This document shows, in pieces, positions 1 through 7,333 of a stretch of 20,980 nt of DNA. Under the pieces are notes generated by a model that saw only the letters and a list, made by a program, of their open reading frames with translations, ran no database searches and had not been told where the DNA came from. How positions within the stretch are numbered: the stretch's first letter is position 1; each line of letters opens with the position of its first letter. The DNA is from Chlamydiota bacterium (GTDB taxonomy: Bacteria > Chlamydiota > Chlamydiia > Chlamydiales > SM23-39), in contig JBCDEZ010000026.1 of assembly GCA_039179045.1 (NCBI GenBank), positions 1 through 20,980 of the forward strand, in the 5' to 3' direction. Position numbers and translations under genes: made by a program.

Positions 1-76
1 CCCGGAACTCTCCTAGAGATACAACCGCTACAGATTGAACACGAGTATTAAAAACGCTGGACAAGCAAATATATCT

Positions 77-1102
77 ATGCAGCATTTTTTCCTATTTTTA
101 TTCCATTTTCTTCTTATGGACGCTCTTTTTTCTGGCAATCCCTTCTTCATTGATTTTCCTCCTAAAAAAGACTTGTCCACAAGTGATTACATAGAAGTAC
201 AACGGTCGCTCCGCTCCGTAGAGATTTATGACACGCTCCGTTCTCTGCACAAAACAATCCCTGGAAGGGCCTTGGACCCGAAGGCGAACTACGGAATAAA
301 CGATTTTTACGGAAGATGTTCCCGGGGAATATACCAGAATTTGTTGGACGAAAATCGGCGATATATTCCTCAAAAAACCTTCGTTCAAATTGGAATAGGA
401 GGAGAAGAGAATTGCGTTGTTTGCTTTGCTTCGTACAATAGTCGTTATCCCCAGTGTGTATTGAGTATGGAAAAAGCATTGAAAAAAGTGGGATATAACG
501 GAAAGATGCTCTACTACCTTGGAGGTTGGCCCAATCCCACTGGAGAGGAGATTACATTTTGTGCTATCCCCTACTCCTTTAAAATCTTTGCGATGTATGA
601 GGCCTATCTCTTAGGTTGTAAAAATGTTCTTTGGTTAGATGCAGCTTGTTTGCCGCTGCGGGATCCACAACCTGTATTCGATCATATTGAAAGAACAGGA
701 GGAGTGTTTCATCGGTTTAAAATTCCCCCCTTTTTTTTCAAATCGATTTTCCCTTCAACCAGGGAAGAGCTGTTCAAGCTTACAGGTACTGACCTTCTTG
801 ATCGCGATACCGATTATATCCTCACCACAATTTTCGGATTGAGAATGGATCGACCAGAAATAAAGAAATTTTTAGAACAATACTACGATATGGCCAGAAG
901 AGGAACTCCTTTTCTCTCTTGTTCTCCTGAAGAAGCTGTGATTACAGCTATTATGGGACAACCTGAATTTGACTCGATACGCACCTTTGGCTTATTCCGA
1001 AAGGGATTGGGCAAATCACCGAATCATGCGCCAGATTCTCCAAAAGAATATGAAGCGGCGCGAAAAAAAGGGTACTATTTTTTTCACCGAAAAAATCGGT
1101 AA
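77..1102 (+). CDS. Hypothetical secreted or membrane-anchored protein, probable GT-A-fold glycosyltransferase-like
   Basis: The ORF 35..1102 has an ATG at 77 that begins a hydrophobic signal-like segment (MQHFFLFLFHFLLMDALFS). The segment FKIFAMYEAYLLGCKNVLWLDAA resembles the K..a...vlWlDa motif of GT-A-like nucleotide-sugar transferases, and PEEAVITAIM resembles their C-terminal acidic helix. The start site and function are inferred. Confidence 0.55.
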   Translation: MQHFFLFLFHFLLMDALFSGNPFFIDFPPKKDLSTSDYIEVQRSLRSVEIYDTLRSLHKTIPGRALDPKANYGINDFYGRCSRGIYQNLLDENRRYIPQKTFVQIGIGGEENCVVCFASYNSRYPQCVLSMEKALKKVGYNGKMLYYLGGWPNPTGEEITFCAIPYSFKIFAMYEAYLLGCKNVLWLDAACLPLRDPQPVFDHIERTGGVFHRFKIPPFFFKSIFPSTREELFKLTGTDLLDRDTDYILTTIFGLRMDRPEIKKFLEQYYDMARRGTPFLSCSPEEAVITAIMGQPEFDSIRTFGLFRKGLGKSPNHAPDSPKEYEAARKKGYYFFHRKNR

Positions 1103-1419
1103 GATTTTCTGCCTATTGTTGTTTAGTAACCTGGGTTACGGGTTTTCCATCATAGAGAATGGACCTTGTTCAGGAAAGATATTGAGCAAGGTTTTTTTAG
1201 GCTAGCGGGAATGTATGTAGCGTATCTGTTTTCGGTACCTCTACCTAAACGCACATTACACCTGCCATTTTTTGATTTTTTCTGGGGTGATCCTGTGTTT
1301 GTAAAATGAGCGTTTTCCCTCAGATAGAGATCTTTTGGTGGTGTGTTTTTTCTTGTCCTACTCCTTTTTTCATTCCTTAAACCCGAAACTCAGGTTATTA
1401 GGATGGTAAAGGGAGAGAA

Positions 1420-1806
1420 ATGGAGGCGCTATACATTGTAATAATCGGAGAAGCGGACAAGGGGCGCTTTGTCTATCCCTACGAATTGCAAGATTTAGAA
1501 GGGCTTTTTCTCATACTTGGCCCACCGCCAGAAGGGAGTGGAGGAATAGACTTTGCGAGTAGAACTCTCTTGCGAGGGGGAAAGGTTTGCTACTTGCGAG
1601 TGAAAAAAGAGGGGTTCTCTACAAACCACTACCAAAGCGCTTTTCGATATCTAAGGAAGCAGGAGAGCCCCCAAAAGGGAGATGCGCTTTTCTTGCCAGG
1701 GGTGTTTGACCCTTGCATATTGGAACAAGCGCAGGTAGTTGCAAAGGAGCAAGGTATGCTCTTGCTCCTGCAAGAGAAAGATCTCTTCGACTACCTCACG
1801 ATGTGA
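1420..1806 (+). CDS. Conserved chlamydial hypothetical protein (CT602-like, convergent with ahpC)
   Basis: 128-aa ORF with a GGGAGAG RBS upstream. The motifs IIGEADKG, YLRVKKEGFS, LPGV.D and DLFDYLT match my recollection of the chlamydial hypothetical protein next to ahpC. Its 3' end overlaps ahpC by 11 bp. Confidence 0.75.
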   Translation: MEALYIVIIGEADKGRFVYPYELQDLEGLFLILGPPPEGSGGIDFASRTLLRGGKVCYLRVKKEGFSTNHYQSAFRYLRKQESPQKGDALFLPGVFDPCILEQAQVVAKEQGMLLLLQEKDLFDYLTM

Positions 1807-2374
1807 AGTAATCGATGAGACCTTTTTGTGTCGGTTGCATGGTTTTTTCTCCCTCTTTCCAATTCGCTGGACACACTGCACCATGTTTTTCGTGGTATAT
1901 CAAAGCATCGAGAGTACGGAGAGTCTCTTCCACATTCCTTCCTAAGGGAAGATCGTTTACTGAAGCGTGGCGCACAATGCCTTCGCGATCAATGAGAAAA
2001 AGTCCTCGATACGCGATCCCCTCATCTTTGTCCAAAACCTGGAATTCTTCTGCGATCGATTTGCTCAAATCAGAAACGATGGGATAGGTAACTCCCTGAA
2101 TGCCTCCCTTCTCCTTAGGGGTAGACAGCCATGCGTGGTGTGAGGGCCAGCTATCGACAGAACATGCAACAACTGCAGCGTCTCTCTCCTCAAACTCTGC
2201 TAGCTTTTCTTGAAATGCGTGCAGCTCTGTAGGACAGACGAACGTGAAATTGAGGGGATAGAAGAAAAAAACAACGTACTTTCCCGAATAGTCTTGGAGT
2301 GAGAACTTCTCAAAGATTTTTCCCTTGGCTACAGCTTTCGCTTCAAAGTGGGGGGCTTTTTTTCCGATCAACAT
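1796..2374 (-). CDS. ahpC: 2-Cys peroxiredoxin (AhpC/TSA)
   Basis: Peroxidatic motif FYPLNFTFVCPTE, resolving motif VCPANW, plus RGLFLID and LGRNVEE. RBS AAGGAG. Confidence 0.96.
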   Translation of the reverse strand: MLIGKKAPHFEAKAVAKGKIFEKFSLQDYSGKYVVFFFYPLNFTFVCPTELHAFQEKLAEFEERDAAVVACSVDSWPSHHAWLSTPKEKGGIQGVTYPIVSDLSKSIAEEFQVLDKDEGIAYRGLFLIDREGIVRHASVNDLPLGRNVEETLRTLDALIYHEKHGAVCPANWKEGEKTMQPTQKGLIDYFTS

Positions 2375-2416
2375 ATCGATTCTCCTTCAAATGTTTGCTA
2401 TCAAAGTAGCAGGGTT

Positions 2417-3010
2417 TCAGCGGGATTTTTCCTTACCAAGGACAGTACTAGGACCATGGCCTGGGTACACAATTGTCTCTTCAGGTAATTCGTGTAAAAT
2501 GGATAAAGAGCGGTGCATCGCATCTGGATCGGAACCTGGGAACGAGGTTTTCCCGCATCCTCCTGCGAACATCGTATCTCCAGAAAATAGGAGGTCTTTT
2601 TCAGGGAAGTAGAAACAAACACCTCCTGGCGAGTGGCCTGGAGTATGCAAGATGCGCACGGAAGTCCCGAAAAGAGGAATTTCTTGCTGGTCTTCAAAAA
2701 ATTGGTCGGCAGAAACGCCGGCAAAAGAGAGTGGACAGGGTATGCCGTCTCTTCCCGGGTACTCTAGATTGGCAGCATCTAAGGGATGAACCCATAGAGA
2801 AGCGCCTGTTTCTTTTTTCCAGCGAGCCGCATCTGCGATATGATCCCAGTGGGAGTGGGTACAAAAGATAGTTAGATTTTTCCAGGAGTGATCTTTTGCT
2901 ACTTTCTCGTAGCTGTCGCAGCCCGGATCGATCATAAGAGCTTGATCCTCCTCATAGAGGAAGTAGCCATTCGTACCGATAGGTTCGAAAACATATCTGC
3001 AAATTTCCAA
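2417..3010 (-). CDS. Metallo-beta-lactamase fold hydrolase (glyoxalase II/YcbL-like)
   Basis: Motifs THSHWDH (HxHxDH), HTPGHSPG, FSGDTMF and YPGHG. TTG start preceded by a GAGGTG RBS. Confidence 0.92.
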   Translation of the reverse strand: MEICRYVFEPIGTNGYFLYEEDQALMIDPGCDSYEKVAKDHSWKNLTIFCTHSHWDHIADAARWKKETGASLWVHPLDAANLEYPGRDGIPCPLSFAGVSADQFFEDQQEIPLFGTSVRILHTPGHSPGGVCFYFPEKDLLFSGDTMFAGGCGKTSFPGSDPDAMHRSLSILHELPEETIVYPGHGPSTVLGKEKSR

Positions 3011-3033
3011 TAATCACCTCACACAAAATTCAA

Positions 3034-3062
3034 AGTCTATCCCAAAAAGAGTTATTTGGCAA
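3034..3062 (-). promoter_or_regulatory. Putative sigma70/sigma66 promoter for the MBL hydrolase-ahpC operon
   Basis: Minus strand reads TTGCCA (3062-3057), 17 nt, TAGACT (3039-3034), about 24 nt upstream of the TTG start. Confidence 0.55.
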
Positions 3063-3077
3063 AGGGCAGGAAAAGAG

Positions 3078-3150
3078 TGCACCGGAGAGGACTCGAACCT
3101 CTAACCTCCTGGTCCGTAGCCAGGTACTCTATCCATTGAGCTACCGGTGC
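3078..3150 (-). tRNA. tRNA-Arg: tRNA-Arg, anticodon ACG (CCA not encoded)
   Basis: Reverse complement is GCACCGGTAGCTCAATGGATAGAGTACCTGGCTACGGACCAGGAGGTTAGAGGTTCGAGTCCTCTCCGGTGCA. It has a 7-bp acceptor stem GCACCGG/CCGGTGC, anticodon stem CCTGG/CCAGG with loop CT-ACG-GA, and T-loop TTCGAGT. Confidence 0.97.
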
Positions 3151-3328
3151 CTGCGGTTCTCTATCTATCATCCCCCACAAAAAGGATTCTGTGCAAGCGC
3201 GTTTTTCTAGGGGAAAAAGCAAAGAACCCCGCTACTAGGGGGGTTTTTTCTAGACAAGGGAAAAAAGTGGACGAAAAAGGAGCAAAAGAGCAGAAGGAAG
3301 GTAACGGATTCGAACACAGAGAAAAGCT

Positions 3329-3931
3329 TTGTCTTCACCATGTTTGTTGATCTTATGCATGCAAAATGACCTTTGCCATAGCGAGGGCATCTACGCAAGA
3401 AATGGCCTAATTCCTAGCAATATCCCCACTATACTCCCCTACATTGTAAATGTGGCCGGTTTTTGCAAAAAGCAAAAAATTCCTGTGATCGCTACAATGC
3501 TGAGCATCATCACCGACTTGCAAGGAGAGGCCTGCGGTCTTGGAAGCGCGCGCAAGTTGCGTCCTTTTCTGCAAAAAGAGGGATTTCGCCCCAACACTTG
3601 GGGTCACGGACTACTCGAAGAGATTACCACTACCGACTACCAAATAAAACAGTGGGGCATGTCCCCTTTCCATCAGACAGAGCTCGCACGCCTCTTAGAA
3701 GCGCTGGGCATCGATTCCCTCATCCTAACGGGATTCACCACTAATGGAACGGTAGAGTCGTGCGCACGCGAGGGAATAAGTCGCCACTTTCGGGTAGTTA
3801 CTTTGACGAACTGCGTGGCGAGCTATTCAGAGTCCTTGCACCAGGGATCTTTGATCAACTTGGGAGCCTTCGGGCAGATCATGTCAGCTGAGGAGTGGAT
3901 GCAACAAAGCAGTCCGTCCGAGCCCTCATGA
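3329..3931 (+). CDS. Isochorismatase/cysteine hydrolase family protein with atypical catalytic residues
   Basis: Motifs LLILCMQNDLCH, K...SPFHQTELARLLEALGIDSLILTG, VES.AREG and VVTLTNCVAS fit the isochorismatase-like fold. TTG start with an in-frame stop at 3302-3304 upstream. The stop overlaps the trkA start (ATGA). Confidence 0.88.
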   Translation: MSSPCLLILCMQNDLCHSEGIYARNGLIPSNIPTILPYIVNVAGFCKKQKIPVIATMLSIITDLQGEACGLGSARKLRPFLQKEGFRPNTWGHGLLEEITTTDYQIKQWGMSPFHQTELARLLEALGIDSLILTGFTTNGTVESCAREGISRHFRVVTLTNCVASYSESLHQGSLINLGAFGQIMSAEEWMQQSSPSEPS

Positions 3932-5277
3932 ATGTGTTGATTCTAGGAGCAGGAGACCTAGGCAGTTACCTGGCTCAAGTTCTCTCTCGAGAGGAGCATT
4001 GTGTCGTATTAGCAGACCACGATCCCGCACGCCTCGATTATCTCTCAAAGAGCATGGACGTTGCCACAGTGCTTTGCCGAGCCTCAAACTGGAGGATGTT
4101 GCAATCTCTTTTGCGGAGCTCTTGCGACTACTTCATTGCAATGACTGGGAGCGATGAAACAAATCTCGCAGTTTGCACTCTTGCAAAGAATCTAGGATAC
4201 AAAACCACGATCTGTCGCATCGAAGAGACAGGCTATTTGAATCGAACCGTTCTCGATTTTGCACGCCTTTTCTCAGTCGACCACTTCGTCGGCACAGAAA
4301 TCCTCTCAGCCCAACAACTCTTGCAAAAAGTGTTCTCGCTCGGAGAACACCAGCAAGAGCAATTTTCGTATGGGGCAATTCATATGAAAACGATCAAAAT
4401 CCCCTCCTCTTTTGCGCATGCTGGCGTGCCGATCCGCGAGCTCCCTCTTCCCCAAGAACTCATCATAGGACTCATCTGGCGTCAGGAAGGAAAAGAGCCG
4501 GGCATCTTATTTCCTCATGGTAGCGATGTTCTGTTAGCTGAAGACCGAGTAATCCTCGTCGGAGAGGCAAAAGCGATGTTGGGACTCGAGCGCTTTTTCT
4601 CCCTTCCCTATAAGTTGCTGCAAAGAGCTGTAATCGTAGGGGGCACGGACGTCTCTGCGCACCTTGCTATGGCTTTAGAAGAGTTAGGTGTACATGTAAA
4701 GATCATTGAAAAAGAAGGAAAACGATGCAAGGAGCTTGCCAAAGCCCTTCCAGACGCTACGATTCTCCACCATGAGGGGAGCGATTTCCCCTTTCTTATA
4801 GCAGAAAATGTCGAGAGAAGTGATATCTTCATTGCCGCAACGCACCAAGATGCTGAGAATCTTCTGATCGCTTCAGTGGGAAAAAAAGCAGGAGCGCCCC
4901 ATGTGCTCTCATTGATTTCTGATCTTTCTGTATCTACGATCTTTAAAGAGGCGAGAATCGAGTATGCCGTCTCAGGAAAAGTCGATATGACCCACCAAAT
5001 TCTTGCCATCATCCACGGAAAGAATTTCCTTTCGATTTCCTCTGTTTTTGATGACCAAGCGCGAGTCATTGAACTCAAGGTTTCGGAAAATGCGCAGCTC
5101 ATAGGCATACCTCTTCGGGATCTAGCAGCTAGCCTGCCTGAAGATCTACTCATCTGCGTGATTGCCAACAAAGGACAGGTGATGGTGGGCAGAGGCAATC
5201 GGATGCTCTCTCCTGGAGATACAGTGATTGTGATGACCTCGCCGAGGACGATTCACGAACTAGAGCATCTATTTTGA
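3928..5277 (+). CDS. trkA: Trk potassium uptake system regulatory subunit TrkA (two RCK domains)
   Basis: N-terminal MNVLILGAGDLG (GxGxxG), IAMTGSDETN, and a repeated RCK-N/RCK-C architecture. The ATG at 3928 overlaps the upstream TGA, and trkH is adjacent. Confidence 0.93.
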   Translation: MNVLILGAGDLGSYLAQVLSREEHCVVLADHDPARLDYLSKSMDVATVLCRASNWRMLQSLLRSSCDYFIAMTGSDETNLAVCTLAKNLGYKTTICRIEETGYLNRTVLDFARLFSVDHFVGTEILSAQQLLQKVFSLGEHQQEQFSYGAIHMKTIKIPSSFAHAGVPIRELPLPQELIIGLIWRQEGKEPGILFPHGSDVLLAEDRVILVGEAKAMLGLERFFSLPYKLLQRAVIVGGTDVSAHLAMALEELGVHVKIIEKEGKRCKELAKALPDATILHHEGSDFPFLIAENVERSDIFIAATHQDAENLLIASVGKKAGAPHVLSLISDLSVSTIFKEARIEYAVSGKVDMTHQILAIIHGKNFLSISSVFDDQARVIELKVSENAQLIGIPLRDLAASLPEDLLICVIANKGQVMVGRGNRMLSPGDTVIVMTSPRTIHELEHLF

Positions 5278-5289
5278 AGGAGCCTTAAG

Positions 5290-6927
5290 ATGCGTTATGC
5301 AGAAATCTACCGCATTTTGGGAAGCTTTCTTTTCTACTTCTCCGCACTATTGCTCTTTCCACTTGCAGTCGCTATTTACTACGAATTTGTCGAACTACCC
5401 GAGGCGCACCCCCAACCTCATAGTTCCTACGCTTTTTTTCTCACACTCTGCTTGGGCGTTGCGCTCAGCTTGGTGTTTCGCTATCTGGGAAGAAAAGCTA
5501 CAAGGCTCGTATTTCGTAAAGAGAGCATTCTACTAGTCGTCGCAACATGGCTTTTGAGCGCGCTCATTGCAGCGCTCCCCTTTTATTTTTCCAATACCTT
5601 GCGCAATCCCTTAGACGCCTATTTCGAAGCCATTTCTGGACTGACAACAACAGGATCGACACTCATCGCGCCCAAATCATTCGATGAGGAAGGGAAAGAA
5701 CAGCTTCTAACCCTCCAAAGCCCCGAGGGCACAGCTCTTTACTCTTACTACGGAACAGTAGACCCGGTTATTGATTCCAATACGGGAGCGACTCTCCAAG
5801 GATTGGAAGCAGTCGGAAAAGCTGTTCTCGTCTGGCGCTCTTTTTTGCAGTGGCTAGGAGGCATGGGTATCATTGTTCTTTTTTTGACGATTCTGCCCGC
5901 TTTAGGTGTGGGAGGAAAAACCCTCTACCAAACAGAGACTACAGGCCCTGTATACGAGGGCATCTCTCCTAGGCTCAAAGATACCGCTTCTCTTCTTTGG
6001 AAACTCTATATTTTCCTCTCCCTATTGGAAACTGTTTTACTCCTCTTGACCAACCACTCTTTGGGCATACTCGATGCCGTTTGCATCACCTTTTCCAACC
6101 TCTCCACAGGAGGATTCGCGCTCCATGCGGAAAGCATTGGGTATTACAACAATGCCTATACAGAGGCAGTTGTGATCTTGTTCATGATTTTAGGAAGCGT
6201 GAACTTCGCTCTGTACTTCCACATCATACGCATGCAACTGTACAGACTCTACCAAACAGATGTATTCCTATTTTTTTCTCTCATTTTGATCGGCTCTCTC
6301 GTTACAAGCCTTGCGATCGTAGGCGCCCCTAATGAGAATCTAAGGGCAAATTCGACCACCTACTCTTTTCTAGAAGCTCTTCGAACTGGAGTATTCCAGT
6401 GGATTTCTGCGCAATCGTCTACAGGGTACTTCACCGCCAATTATGATCTTTGGCCCCTCACTTCACAGATCTTATTTTTCCTTGCTATGTTTTTAGGAGG
6501 AATGTCTGGTTCCACAAGCGGCGGCATGAAAACAACCCGTTTCTACCTATTTGCCAAGATTGCATCGAACCGCTTAGAAGGACTGTTTCGCCCCGAGACC
6601 ATTCGGGTAATCCGATTCGGGAAAATAGAAGTCCAAAGCCAGATTGCGATTATGGTGCTACTTTTTTTCTGTACGGTATTTTTCTCCACAGTCATTGGAG
6701 GCGCTCTTTTTATCGTTACTGGAATCGATCTCGACACTTCATTTGGTCTGATCAGTTGCTTTCTCAACAACGTAGGCATTGCATTTCGTTCAGCAGGCCC
6801 CCTGCAGCAAATCAACTTCCTCTCAGCTCCTGCAAAAGGTCTCGCGATTTTCTGGATGCTGCTCGGAAGACTCGAATACTTTGCTGTCTTGATTCTATTT
6901 TTTCCCCATTTTTGGAAGAGCAAATAG
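5290..6927 (+). CDS. trkH: Trk potassium uptake membrane subunit TrkH
   Basis: Multi-TM protein with four pore-loop motifs (SGLTTTG, LSTGGF, QSSTGY, LNNVG), plus QWLGGMGIIV, GGMSGSTSGGMK and MLLGRLE. RBS AAGGAG. Confidence 0.95.
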   Translation: MRYAEIYRILGSFLFYFSALLLFPLAVAIYYEFVELPEAHPQPHSSYAFFLTLCLGVALSLVFRYLGRKATRLVFRKESILLVVATWLLSALIAALPFYFSNTLRNPLDAYFEAISGLTTTGSTLIAPKSFDEEGKEQLLTLQSPEGTALYSYYGTVDPVIDSNTGATLQGLEAVGKAVLVWRSFLQWLGGMGIIVLFLTILPALGVGGKTLYQTETTGPVYEGISPRLKDTASLLWKLYIFLSLLETVLLLLTNHSLGILDAVCITFSNLSTGGFALHAESIGYYNNAYTEAVVILFMILGSVNFALYFHIIRMQLYRLYQTDVFLFFSLILIGSLVTSLAIVGAPNENLRANSTTYSFLEALRTGVFQWISAQSSTGYFTANYDLWPLTSQILFFLAMFLGGMSGSTSGGMKTTRFYLFAKIASNRLEGLFRPETIRVIRFGKIEVQSQIAIMVLLFFCTVFFSTVIGGALFIVTGIDLDTSFGLISCFLNNVGIAFRSAGPLQQINFLSAPAKGLAIFWMLLGRLEYFAVLILFFPHFWKSK

Positions 6928-7296
6928 GCCTTAACACGGCAAAAGGCGCGACGTAATCGTTGTGTAAATTTGATTTTTTGTATTATCGCAGATTCAATAA
7001 AGACAGAATCGAAAACATCGATCAAATTCAATTGATCATTTAAAGAAGCATAAAAAGCCACAGAGCTACTTTGCTGCTCAATCATCCCCCTTATCCCATC
7101 TCTGTCTTAACCGACACCAAGATCGTCTAAGAAAGCAATCTAGAAACAATGTGAGCGCTACATCTTCTTCGAAGAGCAAGCAAAGAACCTTGGAAAAAGA
7201 CCGCAAACCACTTGCACCTGGATAGATGAAAGCTCGAAGAAAGTTTTGGTAAGGAAATCTAAACGCGATCCCCCTGGACGAATCGCGGCGCACCTC

Positions 7297-7326
7297 TTGC
7301 ATTAATTTTACGATACACCCTACTAT
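7297..7326 (+). promoter_or_regulatory. Putative sigma70/sigma66 promoter of pcrA/uvrD (probably leaderless)
   Basis: TTGCAT (7297-7302), 18 nt, TACTAT (7321-7326), 7 nt, then ATG at 7334. No SD sequence. Confidence 0.55.
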
Positions 7327-7333
7327 TTTCTCT

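Noticed and set aside
3110..3122. G37 rather than A37 next to the ACG anticodon of tRNA-Arg
   Set aside because: G37 also occurs in tRNA-Arg(ACG) of other bacteria such as Bacillus, so it is not unusual.
3078..3150. tRNA as an integration site for a genomic island
   Set aside because: I found no integrase and no duplicated tRNA 3' end in the window.
3225..3249. Terminator-like hairpin AACCCC-N9-GGGGTT followed by Ts
   Set aside because: The stem is short and weak, and it lies in a divergent region with no + strand gene ending upstream, so a function cannot be supported.
6543..7085. 180-aa minus-strand ORF overlapping the trkH 3' end
   Set aside because: It is mostly an antisense shadow of trkH and has no recognisable motif.
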